Position numbers and translations under genes: made by a program. This document shows, piece by piece, positions 20,990 to 30,218 of a stretch of 64,000 nucleotides of DNA; the stretch's first letter is position 1; each line of letters opens with the position of its first letter. Below the pieces are notes generated by a model. That model was not told where the DNA came from, ran no database searches, and was given only the letters and a program-made list of their open reading frames with translations. The stretch comes from an uncultured Lachnospiraceae bacterium (GTDB taxonomy: Bacteria; Bacillota; Clostridia; Lachnospirales; Lachnospiraceae): assembly GCA_934317005.1 (NCBI GenBank), contig CAKREB010000008.1, positions 82,258 through 146,257 of the forward strand, given 5' to 3'.

Positions 20990-22186
20990 TTACGAAAAAA
21001 TAATTCGTTCACTCTGAAACATCTTCGTCAGAGCAAACACGCCTAAAAGCGTAACTAATATATTGCTTCCTACCGTCAGAAGCAATGTCTCAGGTGTTAC
21101 GGAAAACTGAAAAATCCGCACCATAGATTGTACACTGTTGTATGTAGGAATACAATAGTCATACAGCTTGTCGCTTGCTCCGTTTCCAAACATTGCTGAA
21201 ATACCGACAAGCATCAGAATAATCATAAGCGGCGTCGCATAGGTCTGCGCTTCCTTAATACTCTTAGCAAAAGCTGATACTAAGGATAATACGGTTACAA
21301 GCACCAATACGGTAGATAAGATAACAAGTGCCAGCAACGCATAATCAGTGACAGAATACACACTTCCATCTAACTGGTCAGAATCAGCCCCCATAAGCTT
21401 TGGCAGGGACAATATCGTTCCAATCGTGCTGGAAGCACCACTCAGCAGCGCAATAACAGACAATGCAAGAATCTTTCCTATTGCAATATGACTGCGCTTT
21501 ACCGGTGTTACTAACAAAGTAGCAATCGTACCACGCTCTTTTTCTCCTGCAATTGATTCCGGAGCAATAGACATTGTACCGGAAAACAAAAAGATCAATA
21601 AAAGCATAGGCAGCATGGAAGAAAAAAGACTTCCTGTCGTATCTTCCGCTTTTGCCAGATCATACTGAACCTTATCTGCTGCATTCACGTCAAATCGGTT
21701 TGCCAGCGTTCCCTCGTACTCATCTAACGCAGTGCGAAGCATACTATATGCCTCACCGGATGAAGTTTCTGACGAATTATAAAAGATCTGAACCTCCGGC
21801 GCGCTTCCCTTTGGGATATTTTTGTCCGTCTGAACTGCTTTCATAAAATCCTTTGGAAAAACCACACAAAGATCTGCGCTCTTATTTTCCACCTTTTTCT
21901 TGATCTTATCCAACTCCTGCTTTGATGCAATCTTTTTTATCGAAAAAGTCTGCTTAAGCATAGCCTGAACCGAAGCGTCCTCCGGCATGTCTGCCACATA
22001 ACAGGTTGCCTTATAATCATCATCAACCGTTAATTGATCTGTCAAAGCCGTACCCATAAAGCTGTACATGACATAGATCAGAATTCCCGGTAACAATATA
22101 GTTGAAAACACAATTTTCTTATCTCCAAAGAAACGTGCAAGCTCCTTTTTCATAATGGTTAAAATAGAATTATTCATTATCATCAC
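20990..22186 (-). CDS. ABC-2 family exporter permease (NatB-like)
   Basis: 398 aa, N-terminal TM, large extracytoplasmic loop, then 5 C-terminal TMs; overlaps the upstream ATPase gene. Confidence 0.7.
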   Translation of the reverse strand: MMIMNNSILTIMKKELARFFGDKKIVFSTILLPGILIYVMYSFMGTALTDQLTVDDDYKATCYVADMPEDASVQAMLKQTFSIKKIASKQELDKIKKKVENKSADLCVVFPKDFMKAVQTDKNIPKGSAPEVQIFYNSSETSSGEAYSMLRTALDEYEGTLANRFDVNAADKVQYDLAKAEDTTGSLFSSMLPMLLLIFLFSGTMSIAPESIAGEKERGTIATLLVTPVKRSHIAIGKILALSVIALLSGASSTIGTILSLPKLMGADSDQLDGSVYSVTDYALLALVILSTVLVLVTVLSLVSAFAKSIKEAQTYATPLMIILMLVGISAMFGNGASDKLYDYCIPTYNSVQSMVRIFQFSVTPETLLLTVGSNILVTLLGVFALTKMFQSERIIFS

Positions 22187-22949
22187 CTACACTTTCCTTA
22201 TATAGTTCAAAGAACCGGTCTTCTAACGACATACCATCACATACTGACGAAAGATCATCACAAACAATCATCTGTCCGTTAATGATCACACCAACACGAT
22301 CGCATATCTTTTCAATCAGACTAAATATATGTGTAGAAATAATAATTGTTTTGCCCTGCTTCTTCAGTTCCAATAAGAAATCAGTGACAACCTTAGCCGT
22401 CAATACATCAAGACCGTTTGTCGGTTCGTCAAAGATGATCACATTTGGCCAGTGAACCAGCGAAACGGCAAGAGATACTTTCTGCTTCATACCGGTAGAA
22501 AGATTTTCCACCTTGACTTCGGCAAATTTATCAATTCCAAAGGTTTGAAAAAGCTGTGCCTTTCTTTTGGCAGCAGTTTCCTTCGGTACCTGATGCAGTT
22601 CCGAAAAGAAATCAAACAGATAATTCGGTGTAAAAAATCCCTCTAATTTCAAATCTGTAGTCAGAAATGCAATCTTTTTGCGGACAGCCTCAGCTTCCTT
22701 TAAAACACTGCTTCCATCAATTAATGCATCACCGGAATCCGGTTTGATCAACGTTGCAAGCATACGAAGTGTCGTTGTTTTTCCTGCTCCATTTGGCCCA
22801 AGAAGTCCAAACACTTCTCCTTCATACGCCGTAAAAGATAAATCCTTTACCGCCTGTTTCTTCTTTTCCTTTGTTTTCTCAATCTTTTGCTGTTTAGCAG
22901 AAAGAGTAAACGTCTTGGATAGATTCTGAACCTGAATCAATTCTTTCAT
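22170..22949 (-). CDS. ABC transporter ATP-binding protein (NatA-like)
   Basis: Walker A GPNGAGKTT, signature LSTGMKQKVSLA, Walker B IIFDEPTNGLD; start at MKELIQ with an RBS. Confidence 0.85.
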   Translation of the reverse strand: MKELIQVQNLSKTFTLSAKQQKIEKTKEKKKQAVKDLSFTAYEGEVFGLLGPNGAGKTTTLRMLATLIKPDSGDALIDGSSVLKEAEAVRKKIAFLTTDLKLEGFFTPNYLFDFFSELHQVPKETAAKRKAQLFQTFGIDKFAEVKVENLSTGMKQKVSLAVSLVHWPNVIIFDEPTNGLDVLTAKVVTDFLLELKKQGKTIIISTHIFSLIEKICDRVGVIINGQMIVCDDLSSVCDGMSLEDRFFELYKESVGDDNE

Positions 22950-23161
22950 TTTTCCCTCATTTCCGCATGAAATAGCCCTCATGTTCCATGCTTATTGTTT
23001 TTTGGCAACACTCTTTAATATAACGTATTCTTTCAGGAACTGCAAGCATTTCCCGAATCTGTAAGAAAGATTTAAGATTTTTATAAAATCAGGAATCCAC
23101 TCTTACAAAATGATACTCCCATAAATATCACTAAGGATCATCCTTTAAAATGTCCTTTACT

Positions 23162-24205
23162 TTACCTATGTAAAAGCTCCTCCACAGAGGATACAACTCC
23201 TTTTTCCGTAATAAATCCCGTGATCAGACGATGATCGGTCACATCAAAAGCAGGATTATAGATTTTTACACCTTTGGCTGTCATCGGCTTCTGATACCAC
23301 ATTTCGGATACCTCTGTGGCTTTCCGCTGCTCGATCACGACATCCTTTCCGGTTTTTGTGTTAAAATCAATCGTTGAAGTCGGCGCACAGACATAAAACG
23401 GAACATGGTAGTAAGCTGCTACCGTAGCAACGACAGAGGTTCCAATCTTATTGGCTGTATCACCATTTGCTGCCACCCTGTCACACCCTACTAAAACTGC
23501 CTGAATCGCACCGGTGCTCATCAGACTGGCAGACATGTTATCACATAAAAGCGTCACGTCAATTCCGGCAGAATATAACTCAAAGGCCGTCAGGCGTGCC
23601 CCCTGTAGCAAAGGACGCGTTTCATCTGCATATACCTTAAACTGATAGTTTCTCTCATGACCCAGATAAATCGGTGCCGTTGCTGTACCGTATTTGCAGG
23701 TAGCAAGCTGACCGGCATTGCAATGTGTCAAAATGCCATCTCCCGGTTTTAGCACAGAAAGCCCATACTCTCCTATTTTGCGGCACACCTCGATATCTTC
23801 CTGCTTCATGCAATATGCTTCCATAAGCAGACGTTCTTTTAATTCTGCAACAGAGCTGTTTTTAGCTTTACATACCGCAAACATACGGTTTAAAGCCCAT
23901 GAAAGATTAACTGCCGTTGGTCTGGAAGAGTTTAGATAGTCCTTTTGTACTGATAGCTGTTGTAAAAACACTTCCTTATCCTCTGTATGAATCTCCTGCG
24001 CCAAAGCAGCAAGGCCGAACGCAGCCGCCACACCGATCGCCGGAGCTCCCCGCACCTTTAAAAGATATATGGCATCCCAGATTTCCTGCGCTGTCTTAAG
24101 TGAGATCAGTTCGATATCATTCGGAAGCTTTGTCTGGTCTATGATGACCACAGCATTATTTGCCTTATCATAATCAACAGTTTCATAGTCTAAAATTGTT
24201 TTCAT
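23162..24205 (-). CDS. mtnA: S-methyl-5-thioribose-1-phosphate isomerase (eIF-2B alpha/beta/delta-like family)
   Basis: LLKVRGAPAIGVAAAFGLA and the family-wide fold; start at MKTILDYE with a GAGGA RBS. Confidence 0.75.
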   Translation of the reverse strand: MKTILDYETVDYDKANNAVVIIDQTKLPNDIELISLKTAQEIWDAIYLLKVRGAPAIGVAAAFGLAALAQEIHTEDKEVFLQQLSVQKDYLNSSRPTAVNLSWALNRMFAVCKAKNSSVAELKERLLMEAYCMKQEDIEVCRKIGEYGLSVLKPGDGILTHCNAGQLATCKYGTATAPIYLGHERNYQFKVYADETRPLLQGARLTAFELYSAGIDVTLLCDNMSASLMSTGAIQAVLVGCDRVAANGDTANKIGTSVVATVAAYYHVPFYVCAPTSTIDFNTKTGKDVVIEQRKATEVSEMWYQKPMTAKGVKIYNPAFDVTDHRLITGFITEKGVVSSVEELLHR

Positions 24206-24369
24206 TGAAATCCTCATTTCTAACCTTACACGGTTATTCCTCATTCTGCCTAAAAGCATACTTTACATTTCATTATATTATAAGGCAAAGAGTTGTTTCA
24301 AGAGCAGTTTCAGATCCTGTCAAAAGGGGGCTGCCAGAACCGGTGCCCTAATAACAATTTCCCATCAAG

Positions 24370-24399
24370 CAAAAAGAGGACTGGTTTTGTCCAGTCCCC
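24370..24399 (-). terminator. Rho-independent terminator after the GH13 gene
   Basis: GAGGACTGG-acaaaa-CCAGTCCTC followed by TTTTTG on the minus strand. Confidence 0.5.
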
Positions 24400-24459
24400 T
24401 TCTATAAAATCTGTCAGAGTACATATATCAGAAAATCCATACATGCCATGAAAATTTTA

Positions 24460-27400
24460 TTATTTTACAACAACCTTTGCTACCTTGCTATATGCGCCAT
24501 ATGTCTTCTTACCGTTTGCATTCTTGCGGTAGGCACGTACCTTGACATAAAGCTTCTTTCCCTTTTTCAGCTTCTGTATTGTCTTCGAAAGCTTCGAAGC
24601 AGATACGGAAACTGTCTTTGTTGTCTTTTTCGTGAATTTTTTGCTGGTAGAATATGTAATTTGGTATCCTGCTGCAGCTTTTACCTTTTTCCACGAAACA
24701 GTGACACATTTTGTCTTTTTGCTCTTTACGGATTGAATTGTTACCTTAGCAACCTTCTTAGTAACGTTGCTGTTACGCTTTCCGACAATATATTTTTTAT
24801 CATATGCCGGCTTTAATGCTGCCGTATCAATCGTAATTTTTTTAGCTTTGTCTGTGCTTACTAAAACAGAACCTTTATAGGCCGGTACCTTGACATTGAT
24901 TGTACCATTTTGAGCAGTATAACCTGTACCAGTCACAAGATCCGTATAGCTTCCATCTGCAAAACCAAGCTTTGCAAGATCTACCGTTGTTGTGATCTCC
25001 TTATCTGTATTGTTCGCCATAACAAGCAAAGAAGCATCCTTGTCACTGCGGGTATATGCCATGACATTGTCATTCAATGACAGCATCGTGATATCACCTG
25101 TCCGCAATGCGCTATACTGGCTGCGGATCTTTGCCATAGTCGCATACCATTCTACAAGCTCTTTATTTCCCTGTCCCCATGTCATGGCACGTCTGTCATC
25201 AGGATCATCAGAACCGACCATACCGATTTCATCTCCATAGTAGATCGTTGGTGCTCCCGGATACGTCATCTGAAGGAAAGCTACCACATATTGCAAATTC
25301 TTCGCAAGCTCTGAAGTCTTTTCATATGTTGGAAATGCACTGTCTGTATCCTTCTGATTTCGGTCATCGTCAATGCCATCAAGATAAGATAAGATACGGG
25401 ACGTATCATGAGAACCCACCAGGTTCATCATTGCATAAAATGCTTCCTTTGGATAACGCTCTCTCAAACGCTCCAGAGTATTTACCGCCTCTGTTAATTT
25501 GCCATCCCGGACATAAGAAACCACTGCATTGCGGAACATATAGTTCATAACAGAATCATACATATCACCTAAGAGATATTCTACAGCGTCTGTCCAGATT
25601 TCACCAATAATAACATTGTCTTCGTTTAATGCTTTTACAGACTTTCTAAAGTGCTGCCATGTTTCATCAGAAACTTCATTGGCTACGTCCAGTCTCCAGC
25701 CGTCAGATCCCTGCTCTAACCAATATTTTGTAACACTTCCATCGTCCTTTGCTTTTTCCTCTTCCGTTCCAATGACTTCTTCCTTCCAGCCAGGTGTCTG
25801 GTATTCAGAACCATTTGTTGCAATGATGACTGGCATAGAATCATATCCCCACCAGCAGTCATAGGCATATACCGGTTTTCCTTTTCTCTGACCGATACTG
25901 TCAGTTACAATCGTACCATCCTCATTTTGCATGGCATCTCCAGTAAAGTCAAACCACTGCGTATATGTATAATCTTTGACTCCATATTTATCGGTGAAAT
26001 ATTTCTTTGCCTTTGCTTCTGCTTTTTCCTTTGTAAGATTTTTATCAGCACTCATAGCATCAAAAACATAAGCCCAATATGGATACGCACCAATCTTTGT
26101 GCATCCTTTCTTCAAGAACTTATAATATCTGTCAAAGTATTTGGAATCGTCTGCAACATGATTAAATACTCCATCTAATACAATGTGCATGCCATTTTTC
26201 TTAGCAACCTTTGCCAGTTTATTAAAATCTCCCATATCACCAAGAATTGGATCCAGCTTATTGTAATCACTGGCATCATAGCGATGACTGGAAATAGATG
26301 CGCATACCGGATTGAGATAGATTACTGTAACGCCAAGCGCCTTTAAGTAATCCATGCGGTCAATGATTCCCTGTACATCTCCACCATAAATTTCATTGCT
26401 CCAGTTTCCATCCCCTGAAAATGCATTTTCAGGATAACTATGTGTCTTATCTTCTTTTGCTAAGCTCTCCTGTTCCGGATTCTCCGGATAGAGACTCCAG
26501 TCAGAAACATATTCGTAATTAGTTGCTCCTCGAGAAGACTTCTGTGCCTGGTTGTTCGAAGGATCTCCATCGTAAAAACGATCTGGGAAAATCTGATAAA
26601 TCACAGCATTTTTCATCCAGTCCGGTGTTTTATAGCCTGCCTGATATACAATCAGATCATATGGAACTGCATTCAACAGATCCGTTGAAGTTCCTGTTCC
26701 ATAGTCCATTTTACTATCATCAGAATATACACTGATGGATGAACCATTAGAAACGACAAAGAAATAGTGATATTCGCCAATCTTATCAAAAGAAGTCGTA
26801 ATCGACCATTTTTGCGTTTCCTTCTCCTGATTCTCCTGTTTTTCCATTTTTATAGTCTTTTTTTCTTTTCCTTTGACTACAAGCGATACTTCCTTTGCAT
26901 CCTTTCCGGTCTGAATAGTAAATGTCACTTTACTGCCGGTTTCTACGGCACCATATGGCTCTTTATAGGCAGTATCTTTGGAATCATAATAAATATTTGC
27001 CGTATCTACTGTAGCATCCGATGCATCATTGTAGACAATCTCTGTAACCGGATCAAAATAGAAAGTTACTTCTTTATCTGCTGTCAAAGAAAAAGCAGGT
27101 ACTTTAATCTCTTTGCCATCATATACATAGCTTACATCCTGATATGTTCCGGCTTTCAAAGAGAGAGACACACTATATATTCCCTTAAACAGACCATCTG
27201 ACAATTTAGTATCGTTTGGAATGCCTGTTCCCTGCAACGAAACATTAGCAAAAATATAGTCAATACTGTTAACAACGCGGTGACTGATATCACTATACGT
27301 GAATGTAATATCCGTAGTTTCCGATACGACCATGTCAATATTTTCACCATGCTCTACACCGTTCACGCCATAGTTTTCGTCCCAGCTTCCGTTTGTTGCA

Positions 27401-28992
27401 ATCTTATACTGATAGCTTCCGGCTCCAACTGTTTTCACCGTCAAAGAATACAGACCATTTCCTAAATAGGTCATCTGTTCTGATGAACGGCTTGGACTCC
27501 AGCCATTGCCATTGACCGTTCCCGCTAATGTAATTGTTCTTCCACTAAACGCTTCTTTTCGATAAATTGAATAGCTTTCATTTCCTATCTTTGCAGTGTC
27601 TTTGTTGCTATCATCCAATGTCTTTACGCCATCAATTGTATAATAATACGCCACCAGCGTCTCGGCATCCTGAAAATAAATATCATCCGATACAAATGAA
27701 CCATCTGATTTACCGTTTAAGGTGACGGTTGTCGTTTTACCGATTGAAGCCCCCGCCTTATCGTAAATTCCGTATGTCAGAGACACATTCTGTGCACTCT
27801 TTGGCGAACAGATAAATTTTACTGTATCATTTGCATTTCTAACAACTTCCTGCTTCGCAGCCTCTGTGTTCATCTGTAACAAAGCACCCATGTCTGCTGC
27901 TGCATTGATACTGTCATAAATCTTATCCTGAGCAGCATCATACAGGAAAATGACATTTGTATCATCCTTTGTTACTGAAAGTTTCACATTTTCAAAGTCA
28001 GACCAGTTTGCATAATTATATACCGTCTTATACTCATACTGTCCCTTAGCAAAGGTCTGCTGATACAAATAATATGCATCTGAAATCTGTGTAAATTCAT
28101 ATCCCTTTGTTTCCGGATTCCAGTTGGCATCCTCCTTCTGACGTACTGTTCCAATTAAAGAAACCGTATCCTCTGTATATGGATGTAACACCATTTTATC
28201 GTTTCCGGATGCAATTTCATAGTTTGGAGTGCGGATGGAATCATAAATGTTACCATTTGCCGTGTCAGCCCATACAGTTAAACTTGTTGTTCCTGCAGGA
28301 ATGGTCAGAGAAACATTTCCATCCTTCTCTCCCCAGGACAGATCCCAGGCATCGTTTGCTGCTACCTTGTAACCACCATCTGCGATAGTTACATCCTTTG
28401 TCAACTTTTTGAAAGTAAAGGTTCTGCTGAAAACTCCACCACCTATGTAATCCAACTCTGCATTTGGATCAGCAGGCGTCCATGCAGCAATATCATATCT
28501 TTTTTCGTTTTCTTTGCCTGCAACAAGGGTAATCTCTTTTCGATCGGAATCATTGGTAAATTCAATTCCATCAAAGTTACCTGTCAAGGCAGCACTTTTT
28601 ACATAACCATCCTTTTCAGAATCATTAAATGTCCCGTTTGCCAGACGAAAATATACCTCCGTATCCTTTGATAACGCAACGGTATCCTTTTCTCCTGTTT
28701 CTTTTCCATTGATCAGAAGCTCTGCTTCTGTTGTTCCAGCCTTTAAAGAAGCTTTACACTCATAGACTCCCTTGTTATAAAGCTTCATGGTCTGTGTTTC
28801 ATTTCCTATTCTGATCTGAACAGAATCTGTCAGCATCGTAGTAATTCCATCTGCTGCGTCTGCGGATGTTGATGTCCGTGGCGATATAGCGACAGAAGAC
28901 AACGATACCGCCAATGTAAGAAGCCATGCAGTTCCCTTCTTTAAACCGCTATGACTCTTTTTGCATAAAAAATCATACTTACTCCGTTTCAT
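24460..28992 (-). CDS. Secreted multidomain GH13 alpha-glucan hydrolase (amylase/pullulanase-like): ~770-aa N-terminal beta-rich CBM/Ig-like region, catalytic domain, C-terminal K-rich fn3-like domain
   Basis: Signal peptide; YQIFPDRFYDGDP; GH13 regions DGVFNHV, GWRLDVANE, IGEIWT, LVGSHDTSR; C-terminal VSWKKVKAAAGYQITYS...KLYVKVRAY fn3 pattern. Confidence 0.85.
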   Translation of the reverse strand: MKRSKYDFLCKKSHSGLKKGTAWLLTLAVSLSSVAISPRTSTSADAADGITTMLTDSVQIRIGNETQTMKLYNKGVYECKASLKAGTTEAELLINGKETGEKDTVALSKDTEVYFRLANGTFNDSEKDGYVKSAALTGNFDGIEFTNDSDRKEITLVAGKENEKRYDIAAWTPADPNAELDYIGGGVFSRTFTFKKLTKDVTIADGGYKVAANDAWDLSWGEKDGNVSLTIPAGTTSLTVWADTANGNIYDSIRTPNYEIASGNDKMVLHPYTEDTVSLIGTVRQKEDANWNPETKGYEFTQISDAYYLYQQTFAKGQYEYKTVYNYANWSDFENVKLSVTKDDTNVIFLYDAAQDKIYDSINAAADMGALLQMNTEAAKQEVVRNANDTVKFICSPKSAQNVSLTYGIYDKAGASIGKTTTVTLNGKSDGSFVSDDIYFQDAETLVAYYYTIDGVKTLDDSNKDTAKIGNESYSIYRKEAFSGRTITLAGTVNGNGWSPSRSSEQMTYLGNGLYSLTVKTVGAGSYQYKIATNGSWDENYGVNGVEHGENIDMVVSETTDITFTYSDISHRVVNSIDYIFANVSLQGTGIPNDTKLSDGLFKGIYSVSLSLKAGTYQDVSYVYDGKEIKVPAFSLTADKEVTFYFDPVTEIVYNDASDATVDTANIYYDSKDTAYKEPYGAVETGSKVTFTIQTGKDAKEVSLVVKGKEKKTIKMEKQENQEKETQKWSITTSFDKIGEYHYFFVVSNGSSISVYSDDSKMDYGTGTSTDLLNAVPYDLIVYQAGYKTPDWMKNAVIYQIFPDRFYDGDPSNNQAQKSSRGATNYEYVSDWSLYPENPEQESLAKEDKTHSYPENAFSGDGNWSNEIYGGDVQGIIDRMDYLKALGVTVIYLNPVCASISSHRYDASDYNKLDPILGDMGDFNKLAKVAKKNGMHIVLDGVFNHVADDSKYFDRYYKFLKKGCTKIGAYPYWAYVFDAMSADKNLTKEKAEAKAKKYFTDKYGVKDYTYTQWFDFTGDAMQNEDGTIVTDSIGQRKGKPVYAYDCWWGYDSMPVIIATNGSEYQTPGWKEEVIGTEEEKAKDDGSVTKYWLEQGSDGWRLDVANEVSDETWQHFRKSVKALNEDNVIIGEIWTDAVEYLLGDMYDSVMNYMFRNAVVSYVRDGKLTEAVNTLERLRERYPKEAFYAMMNLVGSHDTSRILSYLDGIDDDRNQKDTDSAFPTYEKTSELAKNLQYVVAFLQMTYPGAPTIYYGDEIGMVGSDDPDDRRAMTWGQGNKELVEWYATMAKIRSQYSALRTGDITMLSLNDNVMAYTRSDKDASLLVMANNTDKEITTTVDLAKLGFADGSYTDLVTGTGYTAQNGTINVKVPAYKGSVLVSTDKAKKITIDTAALKPAYDKKYIVGKRNSNVTKKVAKVTIQSVKSKKTKCVTVSWKKVKAAAGYQITYSTSKKFTKKTTKTVSVSASKLSKTIQKLKKGKKLYVKVRAYRKNANGKKTYGAYSKVAKVVVK

Positions 28993-29056
28993 AATGACCC
29001 CTTTCTTTTTGTCTACAATACCGTTCCCATAAAAATATTGTAGAAACCGGTAACCT

Positions 29057-29072
29057 TTATTTGATCAAATAA
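29057..29072. promoter_or_regulatory. Perfect 16-bp palindrome TTATTTGATCAAATAA about 70 bp upstream of the GH13 start codon (candidate operator)
   Basis: Exact dyad symmetry, read directly. Confidence 0.3.
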
Positions 29073-29297
29073 GTTTACCTTATTATGGTAGTCGATATGT
29101 TTTCCGGCAACAATATAAATTATCTTTGATATATGTTATTTTTTTATTTTACAGAATTTTGCTGCAAGAACTTCTTCGAAATTCTTGTTGGTACACCACT
29201 ATGATATGAACCATTTCCTATTTCAGAACAAAGAGTCGCCCCCGCGGAATGCGTAGCATTTTCTTCTTTTCCGCGAAATGCGCATCCTCACGGAGTG

Positions 29298-29371
29298 TTT
29301 TTTATGTTATAGGAAACGAGAAGTTTCCTATAACATAAAAAAACAGGCTTCAGAACTGCTTCTGAAACCTG
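29298..29371 (-). terminator. Tandem terminator structures after the TPM gene: a 20-bp-arm perfect palindrome with T-runs on both sides, plus a second hairpin and T-run
   Basis: TTTTTTATGTTATAGGAAAC-gagaag-GTTTCCTATAACATAAAAAAA; CAGGCTTCAGAA-ctgc-TTCTGAAACCTG. Confidence 0.55.
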
Positions 29372-29396
29372 CCTGAAAATATAATCATTCTGTTTT

Positions 29397-30206
29397 TTAG
29401 AAATCTCCACCGCCGCCGCCATGCGTTTCACCGGACGAAGATTCATGGGTACTACTTCCGGAATCACTGCTTTCTTTTGGACGCTCTGTTTGCGTCATTG
29501 TTGTATATAAGAACAATTCCGAGCCATCTGTAATGTTTAAGCTATCCTTTCGGACATAGCTGTTAGCAGCCGGTTGACGACGTACCGAAGCCAATTTGTC
29601 TTTCATAAAGGATACGGTCATGATTCCAAAGAATACACCAACCACAACTGCTCCGATCAGCCATCCCACAGACAACCCTTCTCTTGGCAAAGTAGAGGTG
29701 TCATATGGCTTTCCGTTCTTTGCCTGTGTTAAAAAGTCATCACTTTCTTTGGCAAATGTTTTGAACGCCTCGGCATAGTTTTTGTCAGAAAGATCACTCT
29801 TAAACTGAGAACCGACATACTGGATACCTGCATCGGTAAACGCTGTGATACCATATCCATGCGTAGAAATATGCCATTTGCGGTCCTTGGTGCTGACTAA
29901 CAAAAGTACACCATCCTTATTTCTGCCAATGCCATAACCGCCATAATCAAAATAGTCATCTGCACAACTCTCTGCTGTTGCACCATCTAACGTCTCTACC
30001 GTAATGATTACGACATCACATTCCTGACGTTCACTGATCTCATCCAGGGTTGTTAAAATCTCACTTGCTTCATTTTCACTCAGACAGCCTGCCAGATCCT
30101 GAAGCCTTTCATACTGTTCTACGTCATCTGATGCTGCAAAAGCCGGTGTTACCTGGATCATACAGAGCATCAGGATAAATAAAATACTAAATAATCTCTT
30201 TTTCAT
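29397..30206 (-). CDS. TPM-domain (TLP18.3/Psb32/MOLO-1) membrane protein, YdjH/YgcG-like
   Basis: Signal peptide, TPM domain (DVVIITVETLDG...GVLLLVSTKDRKWHISTHGYG), C-terminal TM and a Gly-rich tail. Confidence 0.7.
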   Translation of the reverse strand: MKKRLFSILFILMLCMIQVTPAFAASDDVEQYERLQDLAGCLSENEASEILTTLDEISERQECDVVIITVETLDGATAESCADDYFDYGGYGIGRNKDGVLLLVSTKDRKWHISTHGYGITAFTDAGIQYVGSQFKSDLSDKNYAEAFKTFAKESDDFLTQAKNGKPYDTSTLPREGLSVGWLIGAVVVGVFFGIMTVSFMKDKLASVRRQPAANSYVRKDSLNITDGSELFLYTTMTQTERPKESSDSGSSTHESSSGETHGGGGGDF

Positions 30207-30218
30207 TTGTCTGACCTC

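Noticed and set aside
24260-24459. Possible S-box (SAM-I) or T-box leader upstream of mtnA
   Set aside because: No GGTGGAGGGA / SAM-I core and no AGGGTGG T-box motif. The structured part is the GH13 terminator hairpin.
29202-29264. 20-21-codon ORFs in the 28993-29396 gap
   Set aside because: Too short, no RBS; the region is better explained by terminators and regulatory repeats.
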